A DNA stretch of 32,000 nt. Source: Erysipelothrix larvae (GTDB lineage Bacteria; Bacillota_I; Bacilli_A; Erysipelotrichales; Erysipelotrichaceae). Positions 16,830 through 26,236 of the stretch are shown here, one piece after another. Made by a program: the position numbers and the translations under genes. The stretch covers positions 2,460,001 to 2,492,000 of the forward strand of contig NZ_CP013213.1 in the NCBI RefSeq assembly GCF_001545095.1, read 5' to 3'. Within the stretch, counting starts at the first letter, position 1. Every line of letters begins with the position of its first letter. The notes beneath the pieces were generated by a model. That model ran no database searches. It was not told the origin of the DNA and saw nothing but the letters and a program-made list of their open reading frames with translations.

Positions 16830-16903
16830 GGTTTGATTTGCTACAAACGATAATGTACGAGTTACAGATTTAATGATTGCATTGATTGGTAGGCGTGTAT
16901 ATG

Positions 16904-17596
16904 TTAAATCTCATATTCTACTTTATAGGGTAAAACCTCTGTATTATAATAACCGCGAGAAATCTCTATAATATTTCCATCTTCATCTATGGTGCTGCGT
17001 ACACGTCGCAATACACTTGAAACATTTAAAACATCTTTGATTTCAGCCGAAACAACCTCAACATTAAAATCATCTTCGAATTTCATCACAGTGTGCCCTT
17101 TGGCATCCAACCAGCGATACAAGGAATTCTCTTCAATCTTCCGTTTTGCAGTTTCTAAATCTTCATTAAAACAAGGAAAATAGTGTACAAAATATACATA
17201 GGGTTTCTGGTCTAGATAATAGATTCTTTTCATGCACAGTGCGGTAGACCCAATTGCTTCAAGAATGCTCGCATCTTGTATCTCATGATCAACTTCCAAT
17301 GATATAATTTTCTTTTCGAGTTGGTGGTTTCGTTCAAGAATTGATGAAAAGGAGGTTGCTTTTGAAAGTTTGTTAAACAATCGATTGCTCACAACGACTG
17401 TCCCAATACCTCGTTTCTTATCTATAAATCCTTCTCCGACAAGCTCTTCGATCGCTTTACGTACAGTGATCTTGCTTACTTCAAACATAGCCTCCAATTC
17501 GTTCTCTGTTGGCAAGAAAGAATTCACAGGATAAACACCGTCTAAAATGTCTTGTTTAATTTGATTTGCAATCTCAGCATACAACAATTTCTTCAT
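16904..17596 (-). CDS. GntR-family regulator, HutC/FarR subfamily (winged HTH + UTRA effector domain)
   Basis: LPTENELEAMFEVSKITVRKAIEELVGEGFIDKKRGIGTVV, then a ~150-aa UTRA-like C-terminus. 230 aa. SD AAGGAG. Confidence 0.85.
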   Translation of the reverse strand: MKKLLYAEIANQIKQDILDGVYPVNSFLPTENELEAMFEVSKITVRKAIEELVGEGFIDKKRGIGTVVVSNRLFNKLSKATSFSSILERNHQLEKKIISLEVDHEIQDASILEAIGSTALCMKRIYYLDQKPYVYFVHYFPCFNEDLETAKRKIEENSLYRWLDAKGHTVMKFEDDFNVEVVSAEIKDVLNVSSVLRRVRSTIDEDGNIIEISRGYYNTEVLPYKVEYEI

Positions 17597-18026
17597 AGTA
17601 AATACTCCTTGATATGTCGATTATATTCTACTGACAATGATAATATAATAATGTCTTAAAAGCAACTTTATCCCGCTTTCGTATGTAAATGAAATTACCG
17701 CATATTTAGCTAAAGATAACGTTCAAAGAGTAGTTCAAACTCACACGTGAAGCATTATTTTATGACCAAGAGACACCTGTTTTCGTACCCTTTTTAATGG
17801 ATTCGATTGCACCTGATACTGTATTTGGTTTTCTTCTGATTTGTCCTGGCATAAACATTTCGTGTTTTATATGCGTGACCTTAAACCAAACTGTTTACAA
17901 ATTGATGAACATCATACATTGAGCTACATTTTTAATAATCGTAGGAAGGACCACGCGTATGTCAATTAATTGTGGATTAGTTGAAGTTTTATACCAATTA
18001 TACATTCCTCTTTTTCTCATACGAAT

Positions 18027-18058
18027 TTAAAAAAGGTTCGAATTAATGATTCGAACCT
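18027..18058 (-). terminator. Rho-independent terminator of the V-ATPase operon
   Basis: AGGTTCGAAT-taatg-ATTCGAACCT. On the minus strand the stem is followed by TTTTTT. It begins 10 nt after the ntpD stop. Confidence 0.7.
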
Positions 18059-18067
18059 CTTCTGTTA

Positions 18068-18679
18068 CTATCTTCGATCTGTCTGGCTCTTCACCAATTT
18101 CATTCGAATAAAATCTTCACGTTCTTTTTCTTCGAGCGCTTCAGATATCATTTTTATTTCTGATTCAAGATTTGGAATTACGATATAAGCAAGTGCATTC
18201 GCACGTTTACGGCTTTTCTCTATTGCTTTCGCAAGTCGATACATGCCGTTATCGAGTTCCGCTAATTTTACTGTATAGCTTTTCACAATGTTGAATCGCA
18301 TAAACGCTTCATCTAAGTGACTGTCTGTACCTTGAACCCTGAATTGAGGCTCGTTACTGATTGTTTTGTTTAAGTGAACCTTAGGTATCTCAATCCCCAT
18401 AACAGAGCGGTATACGATTTCTACACCGTCGTCTACGGTTACTTGACTTGCAATGGCGCGCGTTGTAAAAGAACCGATTGAAATATTGGCATTTTGTAAT
18501 GAATAGTACGCATCATCATATGCCTCATCAATAACAGTTCGTAGTGTTTTAACATCATCCATCATTTGTGATAACTCTTGCATTAGAATCACACGCTTAC
18601 GGTCCATGAGGTCATATCCCAATTTCGCAAGCCTTAATGATTCCCTACTGGCTATGAGGTTGCTTTTGGTAATGAGCAT
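18068..18679 (-). CDS. ntpD: V/A-type ATPase subunit D
   Basis: 203-aa coiled-coil central-stalk pattern (LRLAKLGYDLMDRKRVILMQEL). Last gene after subunit B. Confidence 0.9.
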   Translation of the reverse strand: MLITKSNLIASRESLRLAKLGYDLMDRKRVILMQELSQMMDDVKTLRTVIDEAYDDAYYSLQNANISIGSFTTRAIASQVTVDDGVEIVYRSVMGIEIPKVHLNKTISNEPQFRVQGTDSHLDEAFMRFNIVKSYTVKLAELDNGMYRLAKAIEKSRKRANALAYIVIPNLESEIKMISEALEEKEREDFIRMKLVKSQTDRR

Positions 18680-18680
18680 A

Positions 18681-20093
18681 TTAGTGTCCTACTTCTAACG
18701 ATTCAAAATATGTTTTAGCACGAGATGGGTCATAGTGCGCATCTAAGAGTTCATCGCTGAGTCGATCTAAGTCATGACGTGGAAGTAGGGAGACAAGAAG
18801 CCAACCTAAATCAAGTGTATCATCTACAAATCGGTTTGTTTTCGAACCTTGTCCTACAAAGACTTGTTCAAACATACGACCAAACTCAAGATAGTTTTGA
18901 TCTTCTTTACTAAGTTCATCTAGCCCGATAACAGATGCAAGATTTCTTACGTCAATTACACGCGCATATGATGCGAATAGTTGTGATGAAACATCTTGGT
19001 GGTCTTCACGTGTCAATCCTTTCCCAATACCATCTTTCATCAAACGAGAAAGGGATGGGAGTACGTTGATTGGTGGATAAATACCTTGTTGTGTCATATT
19101 ACGATCCAATACGATTTGTCCCTCAGTTATGTATCCTGTTAAGTCAGGAATCGGGTGAGAGATATCGTCATTTGGCATGGTAAGAATTGGAATTTGAGTC
19201 AATGACCCTGTACTTCCTTCAACACAACCTGCACGTTCATACATACTTGCAAGGTCTGAATAGAGGTATCCAGGATACCCTTTACGACCTGGGATTTCAC
19301 CTTTTGATGCACTGTATTCACGAAGCGCTTCACAATAGGTTGTCATATCTGACATCACTACAAGAATGTTCATGTTTTTTTCAAAAGCTAGGTATTCAGC
19401 TGCAGTTAATGCGAAACGTGGTGTTAAAATACGTTCGATAATTGGGTCATTTGCCATGTTTAAGAACATAACAACGTGGTCCATAACGCCGCTTTCCATA
19501 AATGCTTTCTTAAAGAATGCTGCCACATCATGTTTTACACCCATTGCAGCAAACACAATCCCAAATGATTCGTTTTCATCATGAAGACGTGCTTGGCGGA
19601 CAATTTGAGCCGCAAGTTCATTATGGGGTAACCCTGAACCTGAAAAGATTGGAAGCTTTTGTCCACGAATAAGTGTATTGAGACCATCAATGGCACTGAC
19701 TCCTGTGTTGATGTAGTTTCGTGGATAAATCCGTGATACAGGGTTCATAACACGCCCGTTAATGTCTTGGGTACGTTCAACATAGATTGGTCCTTGGCCG
19801 TCAATTACTTGGCCAGACCCATTAAAACTACGTCCTAGAATTGCTTCTGAAAGTCCCATTTCAATTGGACGTCCGGTAAACTTAGTTTGTGTATTTGTTC
19901 GTGACATCCCTTCAGTTTGTCCAAAGACTTGGATCAGAACCTTGTCACCTTTTATTTCAATAATACGTCCGAGTTGTTGTGAACCATCTTCATCATACAG
20001 TTCAACAAGTTCATCGAAAGACGCATCTTCAATACCTTCAAGCGCTACAAGTGGGCCGTTGATATTGGATAAACCTTGATATAAAGTACGCAT
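18681..20093 (-). CDS. ntpB: V/A-type ATPase subunit B
   Basis: [36 protein letters not shown] and [33 protein letters not shown] 20093 lies 6 nt after GGAGGAG. The track start 20096 is a TTG. Confidence 0.95.
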   Translation of the reverse strand: MRTLYQGLSNINGPLVALEGIEDASFDELVELYDEDGSQQLGRIIEIKGDKVLIQVFGQTEGMSRTNTQTKFTGRPIEMGLSEAILGRSFNGSGQVIDGQGPIYVERTQDINGRVMNPVSRIYPRNYINTGVSAIDGLNTLIRGQKLPIFSGSGLPHNELAAQIVRQARLHDENESFGIVFAAMGVKHDVAAFFKKAFMESGVMDHVVMFLNMANDPIIERILTPRFALTAAEYLAFEKNMNILVVMSDMTTYCEALREYSASKGEIPGRKGYPGYLYSDLASMYERAGCVEGSTGSLTQIPILTMPNDDISHPIPDLTGYITEGQIVLDRNMTQQGIYPPINVLPSLSRLMKDGIGKGLTREDHQDVSSQLFASYARVIDVRNLASVIGLDELSKEDQNYLEFGRMFEQVFVGQGSKTNRFVDDTLDLGWLLVSLLPRHDLDRLSDELLDAHYDPSRAKTYFESLEVGH

Positions 20094-20106
20094 CAATATC
20101 TCCTCC

Positions 20107-21831
20107 TTATGCGATTGATCTTAATTGAGTATTCACAAAATCATAATACTCTTCAAATTTAGATAAGTCTTCGTCAACGTTGTATTTTAACCCAATTATC
20201 TTATCAAAGATATGTGTTTCCACAATTGCTGACATCGTTTTCTTTTCTTTTAATATTTTTTGACACTCATCATACGTATATGAAATGAGTTTTAGCATTG
20301 CAGTTTGTTTTTCCAATGATACGGAACTATCAAACTTATGGAACGCATTTTGTTGGAGATAACCAACACGAACTACACGTGCCATCTCAAGGGTTAGTTT
20401 TTGTTGATCCGCAAGAACATCTTGTCCAATCAACTTCACAATTTCCATCAAACGGTTTTCTTCATTAAGAATTGATAAAATACGTTGACGGTTGATAAGG
20501 AACTCTTCTCCAAGGTGTGAATCAAACCATGAGTTTAATTGACTTAAGTATTCACTGTAACTTTGGTTATAGTTGATTGAAGGGAAGTGACGGATATACG
20601 CAAGGTTTTTATCCAACGCCCAGAAACAACCAATAAACCGTTTTGTGTTTTGAGTAACTGGTTCTGAGAAGTCAGCACCTTGTGGTGAAATCGCACCAAC
20701 AATACTGATTGAACCGATTGAATCATTTAAGTTTTTTACAAATGAACTTCTTTCATAGAATGCAGCAAGACGTGATGCAAGGTATGCAGGGAAGCCTTCT
20801 TCAGCTGGCATTTCTTCCAAACGACCGGATAACTCACGAAGTGCTTCTGCCCAACGTGATGTTGAGTCCGCCATAAGGGCCACATGGTACCCCATATCAC
20901 GATAATACTCAGCAAAGGTTATTCCTGTATAAATGGATGCTTCACGCGCAGCAACTGGCATGTTTGACGTATTTGCAATCAGAATGGTCCGTTCGAGTAA
21001 GGTTCTTCCTGTTTTAGGGTCCACCAACTCACCAAATTCTTCAAGTACTTGAGCCATTTCATTACCACGTTCACCACAACCAATGTACACGATAATATCC
21101 GCATCACACCATTTTGCAAGTTGGTGTTGAAGCATTGTTTTCCCAGCACCAAATCCACCAGGGATTGCAGCGCTCCCACCTTTTACAATTGGGAATAAGG
21201 TATCAATGACACGTTGTCCTGTAATGAGGGGTTCTTTGGCGTCAATGCGTTCTTTCACAGGGCGTTCGTGACGAATTGGCCATGTGTTTACTAATGTTTG
21301 TGTTTCGCCGCTTTCATAACTCACCACAATATCTTGAGTTGTATAGGATTTGTTTTCACAATCAGATGCGATAATACCATCATGTTGTGCCATCACGCGG
21401 TGTTCAATTGCGCCTGTTTCAAAGAAAGTTGCAAGGATTGCACCTTTTGAAACATAGTCGCCTTTTTTAACTTTAAAGGTAAGGTCCCATCCGATAGTAG
21501 CATCAAGTGTTGGTACATCTTGACCGACTTCTAGATACGATCCAAATTTCTTTTCAATTTGTTTAAGGGGTCGTCCAATCCCATCAAAGATATTTCCAAG
21601 TAGCCCTGGGCCCAAGTCAACACTTAATGGCGTGCCGGTGTGAACAATTTCTTCACCCACTCGCATTGAGGTTGTTGATTCATAGACTTGGATTGTCGCA
21701 AAGTCTTCATCGATTCCAATGACTTCTCCCATGAGTTTGTTTTTACCAACAAACACCATTTCTTGCATCATGAAGTCGTTAACGTCTTTACTCTTGATGA
21801 TTGGTCCATTTATCCAATATATTTGACTCAT
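20107..21831 (-). CDS. ntpA: V/A-type ATPase catalytic subunit A
   Basis: Walker [25 protein letters not shown]-like [13 protein letters not shown], and [18 protein letters not shown] 21831 lies 7 nt after AGGAG and is preferred to the track start 21852. Confidence 0.95.
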   Translation of the reverse strand: MSQIYWINGPIIKSKDVNDFMMQEMVFVGKNKLMGEVIGIDEDFATIQVYESTTSMRVGEEIVHTGTPLSVDLGPGLLGNIFDGIGRPLKQIEKKFGSYLEVGQDVPTLDATIGWDLTFKVKKGDYVSKGAILATFFETGAIEHRVMAQHDGIIASDCENKSYTTQDIVVSYESGETQTLVNTWPIRHERPVKERIDAKEPLITGQRVIDTLFPIVKGGSAAIPGGFGAGKTMLQHQLAKWCDADIIVYIGCGERGNEMAQVLEEFGELVDPKTGRTLLERTILIANTSNMPVAAREASIYTGITFAEYYRDMGYHVALMADSTSRWAEALRELSGRLEEMPAEEGFPAYLASRLAAFYERSSFVKNLNDSIGSISIVGAISPQGADFSEPVTQNTKRFIGCFWALDKNLAYIRHFPSINYNQSYSEYLSQLNSWFDSHLGEEFLINRQRILSILNEENRLMEIVKLIGQDVLADQQKLTLEMARVVRVGYLQQNAFHKFDSSVSLEKQTAMLKLISYTYDECQKILKEKKTMSAIVETHIFDKIIGLKYNVDEDLSKFEEYYDFVNTQLRSIA

Positions 21832-21835
21832 CTCA

Positions 21836-22390
21836 TCACTCCTGTCCATCAATATTTAGTGTATTAGAAAAGGAATCAAATACTTCTTTGAATGCAGTTT
21901 CTAATGTAAAATCAATAATTCGAGATCCATCCACTACTTTAAATCCACCCAGTGGAATGGTCGCAACTTTCGTATCAACATCTTTAAAATGCACAACATC
22001 TTCAGCGCGTACATAATACGTGCCCGACTTTGGTGCTTTTGATTTTGCTAATTCGAGATATCCGACATATTCAGGGGTATTGAGCATTGTGGTAAGTCGC
22101 TTGCGTGTTTTATCACGAAGGACATTGATTTGTTCAGTTTTTACTTCACGAAGGGCAGTGCGAACTTTCCATTTTTGCTCAGAACTGTAATGCTTGTGAT
22201 CCTGTTTTGAGTCGCCTTCTTTTCTCTCTAATTTTTTTTGAAGCATTTCTGCTTGATATTCGTCGTATTCCACCAATTGTCTACTCAAACTTTGTTTAAA
22301 GTTATCGATATAAACTTCAGTGTCCTCATGTTCATGAGCAGCGATACGACTGATTATCTCTTCAGTAATGCGTGCTTTTTCACCAGCCAT
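21836..22390 (-). CDS. ntpE: V/A-type ATPase subunit E (peripheral stalk)
   Basis: 184 aa with a charged coiled-coil N-terminus and a globular C-terminus. Its position immediately upstream of subunit A supports the call. Confidence 0.75.
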   Translation of the reverse strand: MAGEKARITEEIISRIAAHEHEDTEVYIDNFKQSLSRQLVEYDEYQAEMLQKKLERKEGDSKQDHKHYSSEQKWKVRTALREVKTEQINVLRDKTRKRLTTMLNTPEYVGYLELAKSKAPKSGTYYVRAEDVVHFKDVDTKVATIPLGGFKVVDGSRIIDFTLETAFKEVFDSFSNTLNIDGQE

Positions 22391-22698
22391 TATGTCACCT
22401 TCCCAACTATCTTCCGGATTGTCTCATCGAGCATCGATTGCACTTCATGAGAATGATGTCGGTCTGATATTTCAACAATCAGAGGCTTTTTAAGTTCTAG
22501 CTTCAATTCCATCAAGTGATCTCGATCTAAATCAAACGCTTGGGTTGTCATTAATACGATCCCAATTTCTGGATTGTTTAAAACATCATCAAGTACAGTC
22601 TTGAGTGTGCCTTCGTCGTGGACTATTGCACCATCAATTCCGCCAAGCCGCATCCCCATTAATGTATCGACGTTGTCGCTAATGAGGAAGATTTTCAT
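22390..22698 (-). CDS. V/A-type ATPase subunit F
   Basis: 102 aa, MKIFLISDNVDTLMGMRLGGIDG...IGIVLMT, typical of subunit F. Confidence 0.85.
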   Translation of the reverse strand: MKIFLISDNVDTLMGMRLGGIDGAIVHDEGTLKTVLDDVLNNPEIGIVLMTTQAFDLDRDHLMELKLELKKPLIVEISDRHHSHEVQSMLDETIRKIVGKVT

Positions 22699-23132
22699 AA
22701 ACGAATTACGATTAAGATAGCGACTAATAGACCATAGATCGCAACACCTTCTGCCAAGGCAACGAAGATCATAGCCTTACCAAATGTGTCACTTTTCTCA
22801 GCTAATGCACCAATAGCAGCAGGCGCAGCGTGTGCAACGGCAATCCCAGCACCAAGTGCTGAACATCCAACAGCGATTGAAGCTGCGATAAATCCTAACC
22901 CTTGTGCAATACTTCCTACGAATGCTGAATCAACAGCTGTTTCAGTATCAGCATATGCTGTTGTGCTAAATAGGAATACTCCAACACATGAAGCAAAGAA
23001 TAATGCGATTTGTAATTTTACACGGAACGCTCCATTTTCAACAGTTGTTTTACCTTGGAAAACTGGAACAAGTGGTAATGTAATAAGTGCGATAAGGACT
23101 AAAGGTCCTACGAATTGTAATACTGTAAACAT
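22695..23132 (-). CDS. ntpK: V/A-type ATPase proteolipid subunit K (c)
   Basis: 145 aa. The C-terminal hairpin is GLGFIAASIAVGCSALGAGIAVAHAAPAAIGAL...MIFVALAEGVAIYGLLVAILI, with the membrane Glu at residue 128. Strong SD AGGAGGAA. Confidence 0.85.
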   Translation of the reverse strand: MFTVLQFVGPLVLIALITLPLVPVFQGKTTVENGAFRVKLQIALFFASCVGVFLFSTTAYADTETAVDSAFVGSIAQGLGFIAASIAVGCSALGAGIAVAHAAPAAIGALAEKSDTFGKAMIFVALAEGVAIYGLLVAILIVIRL

Positions 23133-23143
23133 TGAATTTCCTC

Positions 23144-24928
23144 CTAAAGTGTTTTGTATTCAACGCCGCCACTCTCGTAATAACGGCTAAACATTTCATA
23201 ATATTCAAGACGTAATGCTTGGATACCTACAATTAGTCCTTCAAGTCCAATAACTAAGATGTTCCCGAAGATGAGAACAAGTGGACCTGCTGTTCCTGCA
23301 AGTACTCGAAGTTCCATAACTACCGTCATCATCCCAACGTGACTGAGGATAAATCCACCCACACGTAAGAATGACAATGTATTTGCCATAAAACTCAACA
23401 GCACTTCAAACAATTCAAAGAAGCTTTCTGTAATGTATCCACCCCAACCATCTTCTGGTTTGAGTTTCTTTCTTTGAATTGCATTGTGAATTGGAACATG
23501 GAACATAATTGATAATAGTGGTAATCCTACACAGAGGATTAAGAGCGGTGTTGTAAAGATGTTCACTTTATATACTAGATTTAGAACAGCTCCTACAACT
23601 AAATAAACATAGAACACGATACCACAAACTCCGTTTTGAGAAAGGATTGCAGATGCGTATCGTTTTTGTTTCATCAAGATTAATACATTCATAAGCATTG
23701 ATATTACAATGAGTATTACACCCATCGCAACGGCAGCAATCAGTAAAGGTTGCGTCATGTCATTATCCCCAACATGGATTGGTAATCCAAAGGGACGAAG
23801 GAACCCATCTAGAATTGTTTCATCTCCAAACACTGAACCGTAAATGATTCCAAAGAACGCTGAGAACATACCGATGCGCATTAAAACAGCACCAAGTCCC
23901 ATTCCTTTTTTCTTTAGCATGAACCATCCAACCAATGAAATCACAACTCCTTGCCCAAGGTCCCCAAACATAATCCCAAATAGTAGACTATATGTTATGG
24001 CGAAGAAGGTTGTTGGATCAAAGGTTCCATATCGTGGAAGTCCATACATCTCAACAAACGATTCAAACGGTTTAACGGATTTCCGATTGCTTAATTTTGT
24101 AGGTGGTGTGAAGTGATAATCACTGTTTTCCACATCTTCAATTTCAAAATCACTAAATTCTTTTTTAAATTCTTCTACTTCATCTTCAGGAACAAAGGCG
24201 TTAAATAAGATTGTATCTTCCTCAACACTTACAAATTTCTCGAATTGTTCCATTTTAGAACGCCAAGCCACAAATCCACAGATTTCTCCAAGTGCTTGCT
24301 TGCAGTAATCACGAATTTCCTCTTCTTGTTCCATATCTTTTGGAATATCTACAGTTTCAAAGTAGAGCGAACCAAACATCTCTTCAAAGTGCTTATCGTC
24401 TTCTTTCATACATAGATACATAATCCAAACATAGTGTTTATTTCGCACTAATTCTGTAAAGATAAATGCCTCATTGTTATAAAGGGTTACCCGTGACAAT
24501 GCTTCTAGAGGAATTCGTCCAAGGTGAACTGCAATGTATTGAAGTTCTTGACCATGGAGATATTCGTGAAGTTTTGCCAGTGCTTCCTTATCTTCTTTAT
24601 CTGAAGTTCTTGCTCTTGAGGCAGTGAATTTTTCATACTTGCCTTCAACTTTATCAATTGTGTCCTTGATAACATCCAACTCAACTTCATTAATGTCACT
24701 AAGATTTTCAACGAGTCCTAAGTTTAATCCTTTGTCCACTGCATCAATGCGTGTTTTCAATTGAGTATAAACTTGGTCTTGAGCATATTGAAATCCAATC
24801 ATTTTTGACTTGATTACATCGTTTGCCAAAATTGGGTGGAAATTCTTTTTTGCAACAGCATGAGAAGCTAATTCAAGGTATTGATCTCTAGAACAGCGAA
24901 CACTCAATAATTTCATTTTTTCAATCAT
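23144..24928 (-). CDS. ntpI: V/A-type ATPase subunit I (a)
   Basis: 594 aa with a soluble N-terminal half and a C-terminal multi-TM half ending LSFLRVGGFILSHVGM...ALRLEYYEMFSRYYESGG. Confidence 0.9.
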   Translation of the reverse strand: MIEKMKLLSVRCSRDQYLELASHAVAKKNFHPILANDVIKSKMIGFQYAQDQVYTQLKTRIDAVDKGLNLGLVENLSDINEVELDVIKDTIDKVEGKYEKFTASRARTSDKEDKEALAKLHEYLHGQELQYIAVHLGRIPLEALSRVTLYNNEAFIFTELVRNKHYVWIMYLCMKEDDKHFEEMFGSLYFETVDIPKDMEQEEEIRDYCKQALGEICGFVAWRSKMEQFEKFVSVEEDTILFNAFVPEDEVEEFKKEFSDFEIEDVENSDYHFTPPTKLSNRKSVKPFESFVEMYGLPRYGTFDPTTFFAITYSLLFGIMFGDLGQGVVISLVGWFMLKKKGMGLGAVLMRIGMFSAFFGIIYGSVFGDETILDGFLRPFGLPIHVGDNDMTQPLLIAAVAMGVILIVISMLMNVLILMKQKRYASAILSQNGVCGIVFYVYLVVGAVLNLVYKVNIFTTPLLILCVGLPLLSIMFHVPIHNAIQRKKLKPEDGWGGYITESFFELFEVLLSFMANTLSFLRVGGFILSHVGMMTVVMELRVLAGTAGPLVLIFGNILVIGLEGLIVGIQALRLEYYEMFSRYYESGGVEYKTL

Positions 24929-25929
24929 GTTTGTTTCACCTCAAATACCAGTTGTTCTAGAATCGACTGTACATTTCTACGATAACGTACACCTTCGATT
25001 ATACTGATGATATTTTTTACTTCTATATCCATTAACATCTTATAAGCATAAACAACTGCTTTACTGTCTTGACTGTATCGCATCACTTTCAATGCTTGTT
25101 TAAAGCGCATCCGATCGAAGTAGTTCTCAATCGTTGAGCGGTATACTTCTTGAGGAATACCATACTTTTCTTTTACATTCGCGACAAATAAGTTAGGATC
25201 CGATTGTTCAACCCAATCCTTTAACTCTTGTTTCTTTAACTTATAAGGGATCCACGTGTAACTTTCTAGCTTCTTAATATAGTTTGGATTATTTGCAATA
25301 ACCATTCTAAATGCTTCGGCCACACGGGTTAATTCAATGTCAAAGCGGAAGATATCTCTAAATTCTTCACTATCCTTCGCTTCATTTTCATTGACGAGTT
25401 TAATATATAAATCGTACAACTTGCTTTCTATTTCCCAAATTGGTGTCCCCTTGTTAACTTCCACGTCAACCGTATGTGCATACGGGCTGCGTGCTATCGT
25501 TTTAAGGACTGCTTCAATTGAGTTACAGTTTATAAGATCCGCAACGTTGAATGAGAATGATTGACTGAGTTCTACACTATCACGTGTTGGTTGATAAATT
25601 ACTCCGTGACTGAGTGAATAGAGCATATCAACAATCAAATTTCGCTCTAAATCCAAAGAAAAAAAAGTCTTCGCCCTGGCAACTTGCTCCATCCGCAAAA
25701 GACTCTTGTATTCAAGAGGAACCATCACTCGTATTCTTTGTTCTAAAATGTCTCGGTGTATTTCAAGACTGCGCACGCCTTCCATTACACCTTCATAACG
25801 AGGGTGTTTTTCAAAGAACATGGCAACATCTTCAACACGCTTCAAATCGGCCAATTGATGGTAATCAAAGTCTTTTAAATGTAAGCTATACATTGCTCTC
25901 GCTTTAGCAATTACCGCTGTATTAGGCAT
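24925..25929 (-). CDS. ntpC: V/A-type ATPase subunit C (d)
   Basis: 334-aa all-helical protein starting AVIAKARAMYSLHLKDFDYHQL, typical of subunit C/d. Overlaps both neighbouring genes. Confidence 0.8.
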   Translation of the reverse strand: MPNTAVIAKARAMYSLHLKDFDYHQLADLKRVEDVAMFFEKHPRYEGVMEGVRSLEIHRDILEQRIRVMVPLEYKSLLRMEQVARAKTFFSLDLERNLIVDMLYSLSHGVIYQPTRDSVELSQSFSFNVADLINCNSIEAVLKTIARSPYAHTVDVEVNKGTPIWEIESKLYDLYIKLVNENEAKDSEEFRDIFRFDIELTRVAEAFRMVIANNPNYIKKLESYTWIPYKLKKQELKDWVEQSDPNLFVANVKEKYGIPQEVYRSTIENYFDRMRFKQALKVMRYSQDSKAVVYAYKMLMDIEVKNIISIIEGVRYRRNVQSILEQLVFEVKQT

Positions 25930-26236
25930 TGCTTAAACTCTCCCTGACTAGACGTTCAACCCACTCATCCGACCTCTCTTCGAATAATTTGATCATTGCT
26001 GCTTTCTGTTCTTCGAATTCAGCTTTAAGCGCATTATCCAATGCACCCAGTTCATCTTCTCTTTCTTGATCCATTCGGTTTGATTCGATCTCATAAGCTG
26101 CATGATTTGCGTCATCAATATTCTGCTTCGCACTTTCGAATTCTTTATTCAACTCAGCAAGCTTTGTGGTACGTCTTGTCAACGCCTCTTTCGCTTCTTT
26201 ATCTCTTTGAAGAATTCTTACTATTGAATCATCCAT
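25922..26236 (-). CDS. V/A-type ATPase small coiled-coil subunit (G/H-like)
   Basis: 104-aa highly charged helical protein. It is the first gene of the operon, has SD AGGAGG, and shows an 8-nt overlap with subunit C. Confidence 0.6.
   Translation of the reverse strand: MDDSIVRILQRDKEAKEALTRRTTKLAELNKEFESAKQNIDDANHAAYEIESNRMDQEREDELGALDNALKAEFEEQKAAMIKLFEERSDEWVERLVRESLSNA

Noticed and set aside
17959-18030. Type I toxin-antitoxin interpretation of the 23-codon hydrophobic ORF next to the terminator
   Set aside because: The adjacent terminator has its T-run only on the minus strand, so it serves the ntp operon. I found no convergent promoter pair or antisense-RNA repeats, and the peptide lacks the charged tail typical of Fst/TxpA-like toxins. 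I kept it only as a note inside the gap finding.
22786-23190. 134-aa plus-strand Ala-rich ORF antisense to ntpK
   Set aside because: It is the mirror image of the Gly/Ala-rich proteolipid codons (GCN/NGC symmetry). It has no SD and spans the K-I junction.
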